NCBI GenBank assembly: GCA_024277355.1
Contig: JAJRVL010000001.1
Coordinates: forward strand, 102,363 to 134,362
DNA from: an archaeon
GTDB taxonomy: Archaea; Iainarchaeota; Iainarchaeia; Iainarchaeales; 1-14-0-10-31-34
Direction of reading: 5' to 3'
DNA length: 32,000 bases
The notes beneath the pieces are model-generated. The model did not search any database. It was not told the DNA's origin and was given only the letters and a program-made list of their open reading frames with translations. Within the stretch, counting starts at the first letter, position 1; the number at the start of each line of letters is the position of its first letter. This document shows, one piece after another, positions 8,105 through 17,700 of the stretch. The position numbers and the translations under genes are program-made.

Positions 8105-10183
8105 ATGGCAATAAAAGATTTGTATTATGAAATGGAAGATAAATTTTATTCTTTAATTGACAAAACACCATTAACAAAAATAACTGACCCAATAGACAAA
8201 ATTGTCCCTTCATTTATGGTTTTTATTGCAGTAATTTTAATTTTATTTGCATCAGGAATAATTATTTTAATGGGAGAAGGTTTAGGAGAAGAAAAAAATT
8301 TAAGTTTTAAATTAATTGATGAAGACGGACAGGCATTAAGCCAGACAGAAATAATTGTTTCATTTAATGATAAAACAGAAACATTAACTACAAATGCTTT
8401 TGGAAAAACAGGAAAAATTAAAGTACCATTAAATTCAATGGTTTCATTTGAAGTAACTGAAACAGGATTTAAAAAAGAAACTGATTTATTTAAGTTTGCT
8501 GAAGAAGGCGAAAAAACAATTACCTTAAAATCAGGGACAGCAGAACAAGGAAAAACAAGAACAATAAAATTATATGATAAAGAAAACAGAAGTGAATTAA
8601 TTACAGGGAAAACTTATAGAGTTTCTTTTTCCTGCAGTAATTCAAAAGCAACTCCTCCTTCAACAATAACTGTTTCAAATGGAAAAGGAAACGTAATTGA
8701 ACCAGCAGACTGTGGAATATTAACTGCTTCAGTTTCAGGAAACCATTCAGAAAGCATTTCAATGGATTTAGATGAAGAAAGCAATGCAGTTTACTTGGAT
8801 TCATTAATTGAAGTTAATACTTTAATAGTTGAAGTTAAAAATGCAGACAATAAATCATTAGACGGAATAAAAATAAGGATTGATTCATTATATGACAATA
8901 ATGACACTCCTGTTTTTGCAGACAGTTCTTATACTTTTAACGGTCAGGCAGAATTTGAATTAGAATTAGGAACCTACAAAATAACTGCTTTTGATGAAAC
9001 AGGAAATTATTATGAAGCAAAAAAAACAATTAATTTTAATGGAAATGATTTAATTAGAATTGAATTAGAAAGAGCAGTGCCTGAAGGCGGTTACTTAAAA
9101 ATTAAAGTAATAGATAAAGACAATAAAAGCGAGTTAGCTGAAACAAAAGTAAAATTATATTTAGATAACGAAGTATTTGAAGAAAGAACAACTAATACAG
9201 AAGGAATAACAGAATTTTATTTAAAAGACAAAACATTGCTTTATGATGCAGTAATAGATAATGAACAATATATAGTAAAAAAAGTTTCAGGGCTTTCAGT
9301 TGATAATACAGCTGTTACTGTTGAATTAGAAAAATTCACTGGAAATAATGCAGGCACATTAAAGATTAGGACAATAACAATTGACGGAACAAAAGAAAAG
9401 CCTGTAAGAAATGCAAGAATTGCATTATATTCAGTTGAAGAAGATGAAGTAATTCTTACAGGATTAACAGAAAAAATAACTGACATAAATGGTTCAGTTG
9501 AATTTGATAAAATAAAAAACGGAACATACAAAGCTTTTGCATATAAAGGAACTTCTTCAGGATGGAGTGATGCAGTATTATATGACAGAAGAAATTCAGA
9601 TACAACAGGATTAACTGTAACAATGCTTATTCCAAACGGAACACTAAAATTAAATGTTGTGGATGAAGAAAACAATCCAATTCCTTTTACTACAATAACT
9701 TTTTTTGAAGAAGGAAATTCTAAAAAAATAAAAGCAGATAAAACAGACAGCAATGGAAGCATTTTAATTGAAACAAAAGCAGACAAACAGATTTACTTTA
9801 AAGCAGAAAAAGAAAATTTCATGGATTATTACAGCAAAAATTACCCAATATTTGATTCAGCAACAGAAGAAACAATTCAAATGATTCCTGAAAAAAGAAT
9901 GGAAAAACCAGAAATAAAAATTACAGGATTATTCAAAGGAAACGAAGTATTAAATGAAGTTTCTTCACTTGAAGCAGGAGACGAATATAAAGTAAAAATA
10001 CAGTTAATTATTCCTGAAAAGAACTATGAAGAAGCAGGAATTCATTTCAGAGTAGGAAAAGATATTTTCTTAGAAAATGATTTTATTTTTATTAAGACAG
10101 TTAATGCACCAAATGCAATAACAAAAAAATTCACAATGTTTGATGAAACAAACTTAAATGACTCAAAGAAAAGCTCTACTTAA
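8105..10183 (+). CDS. Giant surface protein paralog 2, 5' part (692 aa), ended by in-frame TAA
   Basis: MAIKDLYYEMEDKFYSLIDKTPLTKITDPIDKIVPSFMVFIAVILILFASGIIILM matches the paralog 3 N-terminus. Ends mid-module at ...NLNDSKKSST*. Confidence 0.85.
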   Translation: MAIKDLYYEMEDKFYSLIDKTPLTKITDPIDKIVPSFMVFIAVILILFASGIIILMGEGLGEEKNLSFKLIDEDGQALSQTEIIVSFNDKTETLTTNAFGKTGKIKVPLNSMVSFEVTETGFKKETDLFKFAEEGEKTITLKSGTAEQGKTRTIKLYDKENRSELITGKTYRVSFSCSNSKATPPSTITVSNGKGNVIEPADCGILTASVSGNHSESISMDLDEESNAVYLDSLIEVNTLIVEVKNADNKSLDGIKIRIDSLYDNNDTPVFADSSYTFNGQAEFELELGTYKITAFDETGNYYEAKKTINFNGNDLIRIELERAVPEGGYLKIKVIDKDNKSELAETKVKLYLDNEVFEERTTNTEGITEFYLKDKTLLYDAVIDNEQYIVKKVSGLSVDNTAVTVELEKFTGNNAGTLKIRTITIDGTKEKPVRNARIALYSVEEDEVILTGLTEKITDINGSVEFDKIKNGTYKAFAYKGTSSGWSDAVLYDRRNSDTTGLTVTMLIPNGTLKLNVVDEENNPIPFTTITFFEEGNSKKIKADKTDSNGSILIETKADKQIYFKAEKENFMDYYSKNYPIFDSATEETIQMIPEKRMEKPEIKITGLFKGNEVLNEVSSLEAGDEYKVKIQLIIPEKNYEEAGIHFRVGKDIFLENDFIFIKTVNAPNAITKKFTMFDETNLNDSKKSST
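10181..10183 (+). pseudogene. In-frame TAA interrupting paralog 2 (whole locus 8105..14662)
   Basis: ...AAC TTA AAT GAC TCA AAG AAA AGC TCT ACT TAA GGA GAC GCA AAA TGG TTT AAT... Frame continues without another stop to 14662. Downstream GDAKWFNSVWFLPEKGVHNIEILIKVKEN aligns with GNAKWTNIIFNSVKEGTYEVEIVIQVRET (paralog 1) and AKAKWTNILWNNVEPGVYEAEIELRIREG (paralog 3). Confidence 0.85.
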
Positions 10184-13100
10184 GGAGACGCAAAATGGTT
10201 TAATTCAGTCTGGTTTTTGCCTGAAAAAGGAGTGCATAATATTGAAATATTAATTAAAGTAAAAGAAAATGCAAGATTAGGACAGGAATTAAAATTAAAA
10301 TACAGAGCTTATGCTGATACAGGTTCAAGAACTGAAAGAAATCCAACAGATGTTTCAGTTACTTCTTCTGAAGAATTAAATGCTGCTGTAAAAGAAAAAA
10401 CTTTTACTGTAGGTGCAAATATTTTTTGTTCAAATGAATTCTGTTTTAGTGCAACAATTTTAGATTTAAAAGAAGACATAATCAAGAAAGTTTCAAATTC
10501 TTATCAAACAAAAATCCTACAGAAATATGAATTACAGTTTGATATATTGAATAATAATAAAACAAAAAAACATTATGATGCAAAAATTCAGTTAAAAAAT
10601 GAAAATGAAATGCTTAATTTTTTAGATTACAGAATAAGCAATGCTGATGCATTAACTAAAAGCGGAACAGCAGACAAAAAAGAATTACCTTGGGTTGAAT
10701 TAGGAGACTTTGATCCAAATAACCATATAACAGGAAAAACTGAATTTATTACTCAGGAAACAAAAACAGGAACAATAGATATTGTAATTGTTTCAAATCA
10801 GGAAATAGTATTTGAAAAAAACATTCAGATTGAAGTTCAGGCACCAAAAAACTTTTTAGTTGAATTTACTCCTGAAAAAATTCCTTCAACTACTTCATCT
10901 TTAATTGAGTTTACAGTATTTGACGAAGAAACAGGAATTGAAATTGAAAATGCTCAAATAAAAGTAATTGACAGGTTTGGAGACTTAATTGCAGGACCTG
11001 AATTAACCGACAGAGAAGGAAAAACAGAAATAATTATTTCAGGACAGGCTCCTGACACAAAATTAATTTTCAGGACAGAAAAACAGGAATACAATATTTC
11101 AGAATTAGAAGTTTTTACTGATAACTCAATAATTGAAATTACTCCTGATAGAATTGGAATTACATTAAACACTAAAACACAGAAGTCAAATGAATTTTCA
11201 TTTAAAATAAAAAACATATTAGAATTTGACTTGGAATTAACTTCACTTAAATTTACTGGAAACTTCAGAGATTTATTAAATAAAAAAGCAATGAATGCAT
11301 GGATGAATACAAATTACGGAAACATAATTATTCCTTCAAAAACAACAAAAGAAGTTAAAGTAAAAGGAATTTTATCTGATTATGCATTAAACAGAGAAGA
11401 AAGAGATATAGTTGAATTAGACTTGGAATTAGAGTTATCTAATGGAGAAGCTTTCTGGACAAAAGAAATTCCAGCAAAAATTTCAATTGGAATAGGCGGA
11501 GAAGTAGATGATCCAAATTGTTTAACTTTAGAACAAAGAACATGGAAAACAGGAACAGAAGGAAGCAAAGTAAAAATAGACTTTGGAATAGAAAATGCAT
11601 GTACAATTAACGGGAATCCAATTGAATTAAAAGACTTAGAAGCAAAAGTTAACTGGAATTCAAATCACATTGGAACTTATACTTTGACTTTTGAAGGAAA
11701 TCCAGTTGAATTAAGGTCAGCTTATTACAGGAAATTAACTGAAGAAATGGAAAACAGAAAATATACTGCAACACTTTCATTTGAACCAAACGGAGGAGTA
11801 AATGGAACAGCAAATGCAGAAATAATTTTAAGGGCAAGAAACCAGTTAGACGGAAAAGATGAATTTATTGAAGATAAAATTTCAACTGAAATAAAAATAA
11901 TTAACTTAAAAGACTGCATTAAGTTTTCTAATACAGACTTAAAAGTCAAAAAAGGAGAAATAACTTCATTTAATGTTTCAACTTTAGGTTGTGGAAGCAA
12001 TGTTTCTTTTACTTTTGATTCAGAATTAAAATTAAACAGTAAATCTTTAACTTTAGGTTCAGAAGATTCAACTGAAATAAAAATTGATTCAAGAGATGCT
12101 TTATCAGGGAGATATTTAATTAAAGCAGAAGCAAAAGGAAATTCTTTAGCAACAAAAACACAAATACAAAATATTTTTGTAACAGTATTTGAAGATTCCT
12201 GTGTTGCATTAAGCAGATATGAATTCGATATTTATGATTCAACTGAAAATGATTTTGATGGATATGACACAGCACAATTATACAATTACTGTGATGAAAA
12301 AGAATTATTAATTAAAGTTAACATGAAAGACTGGAGTTTAGCAATGAGAAATTCATTACTGCCTTCATTAATTGCATTTGGGACAGCAACAATAAGTGAT
12401 AAGAGCAGCGATAAAGCAGATACAACTGATAATTCAAATGGAGAAAAAGTATGGGCTGCAGAAAAAGAAAGCATTCCAACAACAGCATTTATAGGGTTGC
12501 CTTTTATTGGAGAAATTTCTCAGATTTTAAGCGGAGGAAACTTACTAAAAAGTGTTTTTGGTTCAGCTTCTCCATTTGAAATATTTGGAATAACTTTTGT
12601 TGCTTCAACTTTATATAATTACTTTAGTGCAGATGAAATTGGATTTAATGCAATAGCAGATAATATTACAGTCGATGACATTGTATTATTAGAAGGAATA
12701 AAATATACTACAGAAAAAATTGAAGTATTAGATGAAGAAATAGGATTAGTTATTGACGGTCCTTTTTCCTGCTTTGATTCAGTTTCAAATAAAACAATTG
12801 ACTGCTGGGATTTAACTTTTGTAAATGAAAATAAGTTGGTTCAGGAAGACGAATTTACTCCAATAATGAAAATACTTAAAACAAAATCAGCAGAACACTT
12901 CTGGAAAACAGATTACGACGGAGACTATTTCAATGAAAATAAAGGATTCCTTGAAAAAATGTTTAACGGAGCAGACTTAGACTTAAAAAAACCATTACAA
13001 GAAAAAACAAATAAACAAAATGAAATATTACAATACAATAAACTGCAATTTAATTCATTTAATCCAGAAGACACAACTTTAGGAAAACAAAATGCTTTTG

Positions 13101-14662
13101 GTTCATGTTCAATTGGAGAATTAACAGGAGAAACAGGAGTAAATGCTTTGCCTAAAATCAAATTAGACTGGAAATGGAATTCAATAACACAAAATTCATG
13201 CGATGAAAGTAATGAAAATTACATTTACTGTGATGCAACACAATTTTCAATTGAATTACTCAAAAAAATAAAAGAATTAACTGAAAGACTTGAAGCAGAT
13301 GCATTAACTTGTGAAACAAACTGCGTTTATTCAACAATTGAATTGCCTGCATTAATTGAAAACACAGAAAAAACAAGATCTGTTTCAGACAAAGAAAGAT
13401 TACTTGAATTAGTTTCATTTAATTCTTATTTAATTAAAGACGGTTATTCAAAAGACTTCCAGGAAGACTTCCATGATTATGCAGTTAATATTGATTTCTT
13501 TAATGCTCCAACTTCTTATTACAATCCAATAGAAGAAATAGGCCTTGGAGTTTACTTTAAAGACAATTCATTATTTGAATTCAATTACGAAGGCAGTCCT
13601 AACGCACCATTATCAGGACCAGGATTATACAACATTGAAATAGATATTACCTATAATGATTCTTCATGGAAATTATTCAATGGAAATACTCCTAATGCAA
13701 AAATAAAAATTAATTTAAGCAAACAAAGAGCAGCAAAACCAAACTCTCCATTATATTACCTGCCATTTAACGGAGAAATTGGACTTACATCAGATAATGG
13801 AAGAATAGGTTATGGATTAGATTACGAAAATTTAACAGGAAAACCAATAAGAATAAATGACACTACAAGAAGTATTAGAACAGTTCCTCTTTCAGTTGCT
13901 GATCCAGTAGAAGAATTAAGAACAATATATGAAACAGACTTCAAAAAATTAAATTTAGATGAAAGAGCAAAAATAATGCAGTTTGAAAGAACTTCAACCG
14001 GAACAAAATTAACTTATACTCCTTCAACTGCAACTCCAGTAATACTTGAAACAACAAGAAGTTCTGAAACACCAAAAGAAACAGCTTATGCATTTTATTT
14101 AATTACAGTTGACGGTCAGGCACAAAATGTTGGAAGCACAGGAATAACTAATTGGTCAGGAATAGAAGCAAACTGCAAAGACTTTGAAGACAGAAGTTCA
14201 TTAGATTACATGGAAACAGCAGACATGCATGGAATAAGCAGTGAAGCAAGCAATGCACAGATTACTGCAGATAAAGCAACAGCTTATGGATGGATATGGA
14301 ATAATCCAATTAGAACTGGAAAATTCTGGTTAGAAACATTAATTTTTAGTCCACTTGAATCAAAAACACAAATGCATTTAATTTCAGCAGCAAACAATGC
14401 AAAAATTTATACTCCATTAGATTCAGCAGTATTAACAGAGAATTCAAACTTAACTCCTTTTGTTGAATTAAATGGAGTAACAAGCTTGGAAATAACTTCC
14501 CTACAAAAAATACTTGATTTAGTTGAAACAAAAGATGTTTGTGTTGGAGGAATAGGAAATTCAAGTTATAGTTATTTCTTCTGGAATCCAGAAAAAGTTG
14601 ATGACTCAATTAATTCAGTTAAAAACAAGTTAAACGCAGAAGAAAACTGTATTCTGAAATAA
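10184..14662 (+). CDS. Giant surface protein paralog 2, 3' part (about 1492 codons, same frame as the 5' part)
   Basis: Open from the codon after the TAA to 14660-14662. Homologous to the C-terminal two-thirds of paralogs 1 and 3. The called start at 10217 (TTG) is probably not a real initiator. Confidence 0.85.
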   Translation, partial: GDAKWFNSVWFLPEKGVHNIEILIKVKENARLGQELKLKYRAYADTGSRTERNPTDVSVTSSEELNAAVKEKTFTVGANIFCSNEFCFSATILDLKEDIIKKVSNSYQTKILQKYELQFDILNNNKTKKHYDAKIQLKNENEMLNFLDYRISNADALTKSGTADKKELPWVELGDFDPNNHITGKTEFITQETKTGTIDIVIVSNQEIVFEKNIQIEVQAPKNFLVEFTPEKIPSTTSSLIEFTVFDEETGIEIENAQIKVIDRFGDLIAGPELTDREGKTEIIISGQAPDTKLIFRTEKQEYNISELEVFTDNSIIEITPDRIGITLNTKTQKSNEFSFKIKNILEFDLELTSLKFTGNFRDLLNKKAMNAWMNTNYGNIIIPSKTTKEVKVKGILSDYALNREERDIVELDLELELSNGEAFWTKEIPAKISIGIGGEVDDPNCLTLEQRTWKTGTEGSKVKIDFGIENACTINGNPIELKDLEAKVNWNSNHIGTYTLTFEGNPVELRSAYYRKLTEEMENRKYTATLSFEPNGGVNGTANAEIILRARNQLDGKDEFIEDKISTEIKIINLKDCIKFSNTDLKVKKGEITSFNVSTLGCGSNVSFTFDSELKLNSKSLTLGSEDSTEIKIDSRDALSGRYLIKAEAKGNSLATKTQIQNIFVTVFEDSCVALSRYEFDIYDSTENDFDGYDTAQLYNYCDEKELLIKVNMKDWSLAMRNSLLPSLIAFGTATISDKSSDKADTTDNSNGEKVWAAEKESIPTTAFIGLPFIGEISQILSGGNLLKSVFGSASPFEIFGITFVASTLYNYFSADEIGFNAIADNITVDDIVLLEGIKYTTEKIEVLDEEIGLVIDGPFSCFDSVSNKTIDCWDLTFVNENKLVQEDEFTPIMKILKTKSAEHFWKTDYDGDYFNENKGFLEKMFNGADLDLKKPLQEKTNKQNEILQYNKLQFNSFNPEDTTLGKQNAFGSCSIGELTGETGVNALPKIKLDWKWNSITQNSCDESNENYIYCDATQFSIELLKKIKELTERLEADALTCETNCVYSTIELPALIENTEKTRSVSDKERLLELVSFNSYLIKDGYSKDFQEDFHDYAVNIDFFNAPTSYYNPIEEIGLGVYFKDNSLFEFNYEGSPNAPLSGPGLYNIEIDITYNDSSWKLFNGNTPNAKIKINLSKQRAAKPNSPLYYLPFNGEIGLTSDNGRIGYGLDYENLTGKPIRINDTTRSIRTVPLSVADPVEELRTIYETDFKKLNLDERAKIMQFERTSTGTKLTYTPSTATPVILETTRSSETPKETAYAFYLITVDGQAQNVGSTGITNWSGIEANCKDFEDRSSLDYMETADMHGISSEASNAQITADKATAYGWIWNNPIRTGKFWLETLIFSPLESKTQMHLISAANNAKIYTPLDSAVLTENSNLTPFVELNGVTSLEITSLQKILDLVETKDVCVGGIGNSSYSYFFWNPEKVDDSINSVKNKLNAEENCILK

Positions 14663-14666
14663 AAAC

Positions 14667-14682
14667 TTGTTTAATTAAACAA
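14667..14682. repeat. Perfect 16-bp palindrome TTGTTTAATTAAACAA
   Basis: Read directly; 5 nt after the stop codon of paralog 2, in the only non-coding gap of the three-gene array. Could be a terminator/operator or chance in AT-rich DNA. Confidence 0.3.
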
Positions 14683-14745
14683 ACAATTAAATATAAATAA
14701 AAGCATAATATTTCTAATTTAAACTAAGTTAAAGAAGGGAATTTT

Positions 14746-17700
14746 TTGGGATTAAAAGACATTTATTATTCAATAGAAGACAAATATTATTCTTTAATTG
14801 AAAAAACTCCTTTAACAAAAATAACTGATAAAATTGATTCTATTGTTCCTTCTTTTGCAGTATTAATTGCATTAATTATTTTAATTTCAGGTTTTTTAGT
14901 TTTGCCTTTTTTTGGCGGAGAAGAATATTCTTTTACTGTAACAATCAAAGATGAACAGGGAAAAAAACTTGAAGGAATAAAAGTAAATGTTTTTATCGGA
15001 GAAGAAAAACAAGTTTTAACAACAGATTCTGAAGGAAAAATTTCATTAAAAGCAAAAAAAGATTTAAAAATAAAAATAGAAATAGACAACAAAAAATATG
15101 AATTTATAGAAAAACAATTTAATTTAACTGAAAATGAATTAAGTTTTGAAGTTGAATTAAAGAAAATTGAGGCAGAACCCGCAGAAGCTAATTTGAAGTT
15201 TACAGACAAAAGCGGAAAATATATTACAGGAAAAGAAATAACAGTAAACTTAAGCTGCAGTAATTCTTCTATTAAACCTTCTCCTTCAACAGTAAAAGAT
15301 TCAGATAAAGACGGGGAAATAAAAATTAATATTCCTAAAGGATGCGGAAAATTAGTTATTAATTCAGTTGAAGTTGAAGGATATGAAAACTGGTTTGGAA
15401 CAATTAATTCAGCAGTAGAAACAATAAAATTAAATGCAATATTTTTAGGACAGGCATTAGGAGATTTAAAAGTAATCGTGGAAAATTCAAACGGAGAATT
15501 ATTAGATGACATTAAAGTAAGTTTAATGAAAGGGAACTCAAAAATAGATCAAAAGTATACAGTTGACGGAACCGCAGAATTTACCGGAATTGAAATTGGA
15601 TTTTATGACTTAAAATTAGAAGACGAAAAAAATGGGTTTGAACCAAAAAGAGTTTATTCAGTTGAAATAGAAAACGAAAAAATAAATGAAAGAACAGTTG
15701 AAATGCAGCCAACAAAAAAAGGCACACTAAAAATAAATATATTAGATAAAGAAACTAATTCAAAAATAAAAAATTCTGAAGTAATAATAGAAAATGAATT
15801 AGGAGAAATAATAGGGGAAAGAAACACAGGAGAAACAGGAAATACAATTGAATTTGGATTATATTCCACTGAAAAACTAATTATTAAAGCAAGAGCAGAA
15901 AAATATTTGCCTGAAAAAACTGAAATTAACCCTGAAACCCAAAAAGAAGTTGAAATTAAATTAGAAAAAATTACTGCAGAAAACAGCGGTAAATTAAAAA
16001 TAATTTTAGTTGATGAAGACAAAAAAAACATTGCTAATGCAAGAGTAATGCTAAAAGATGAAGACGGCAGTCTGCTTACTGAGTATCCTGAAAAGTTTTC
16101 TGATGCAGAAGGAATAGTTGAATACACAGGAATAAAAAAAGGAATTTATTTTGCTTATGCAGAAAAATATCCTGCTTCTGGACTTTCAGACTCATTTGAA
16201 ATAAAATTAACAGAAAAAACTGAAATTGAATTAAAATTAATCATAGGAACAGCAAAAATTGAACTGCAAACAATAACAAAAGACGGAGAATTCATTCCAA
16301 ATACAAGAGTTAAAGTAAAAAGCATTGATGAAGAAAAAACTTATACTTTAAATTCAGAAGGAAAAACTACTTTAGAAATAAAAGCAGATAAAAGAGTTTT
16401 TTTTGAATTCTTTGATTCAAAAAATGTTTATTCAAAATACACTACAAAAGAATATCAGTTACTTCCAAAGAATTATTTTATTACTGCAACAATGCCTGAA
16501 CAAAATTTAGGAGAAAATTTATGGATTGAATTAAAAGGCGTTTATTTAAATGACACAAAACAAACTATTCTGGCAGGAGGAAAAAAATACAAAGCAGTAT
16601 TAGAATTATTTGTTCCAGAAAACGAATCATATGAAGAAGCAGGAATTCATTTCAGGACAGGAGAAGATGAAAACCCATTTATAGAAAATGATTTAGTTTG
16701 GATAGAAAAAATTAATGTTTCAAACGCTTCAAAAATAAAAGGAACAACATGGAACCCGAAAAAAGGGCAGCAAACTGATTTTGATTCAGATAATTCAGCT
16801 TCAAGCAATGCAAAAGCAAAATGGACAAATATTTTATGGAACAATGTTGAACCAGGAGTATATGAAGCAGAAATAGAACTAAGAATACGAGAAGGAACAG
16901 GAGATAAAGAAAAAGTAAGTTTAAGTTTTAGGGCATGGGGAAAAGGAAGAAACTATTATTACTTTCCGGCAGACAATGAATTAGGTTCAAGTTCTTCCAC
17001 TACAACAAAACAAGGATTATATGCTGAAACATTCCAGAAAGAATTTAACACAGAAGAAGAAGTTCCTGTTTGCATGGAAAACAATTTATGTTTGTCAAAA
17101 CAAAGATTAGAAGATAAAACAAAAGAACCATTTATCATACAAAAAAAACTTCCGTTTGAAGCAGGAGCAAACGGAAACTATGAATATAGTTTTAAAATAG
17201 TGAATAATTCTCAGTCAATTTATGATGAACCTGAATTATGGATTGAATTAATTGATGCAACAGGAAATTTAACTGAAGAAGCAGAAATAAGTTATTATGA
17301 AATTAAAACTTCAGAAGGAAATTCAAAAACAAAAGAAGTTAATTCAAATGAAACACAAGGAATTTCTTTAGGTTTATATGGAAGGCAGTCAGTAATTGAA
17401 GGAATTATTGGAATAAAAACAAAAAATACAGGAAATACTTTTGTTAACTTAAAAATATTTGAAAAAGTAAACAATGGGTCAAATAAAATTTTTGACAATG
17501 AAAAGAAAACAGAAATAAAAATTAAATCAGGAAAAGCATTAGAAATAGAATTAATGCCTGAATTAATTCCTGCTTTTGCTGAAACTCCTGCAACAATAAT
17601 AATAAAAGATTTAGATGGAATTGAAGTAGAACAAGCAAGAGTAAAATTAAATGTAATAGAAGAAGGAAACAGAAAAATAACTATTGAAGAAAAACAAACA

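Noticed and set aside
10181-10183. Alternative genetic code with TAA as a sense codon
   Set aside because: TAA ends many well-bounded genes here (8088, 14662, 22236, 22833, 23142, 25803, 29695), so global reassignment does not fit.
10181-10260. Programmed recoding (Sec/Pyl insertion) at the paralog 2 stop
   Set aside because: Codon is TAA, not TGA/TAG, and I saw no obvious strong stem-loop just downstream; a nonsense change or sequence error is simpler, although structure prediction was not run.
11725-12000. Other short minus-strand ORFs inside paralog 2 (also 9241-9786, 12925-13161)
   Set aside because: Antisense to clearly homologous coding sequence; composition of shadow ORFs.
14667-14682. 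Palindrome TTGTTTAATTAAACAA as a mobile-element end or att site
   Set aside because: Single copy noticed, no flanking duplication or transposase; AT-only palindromes can occur by chance in this composition.
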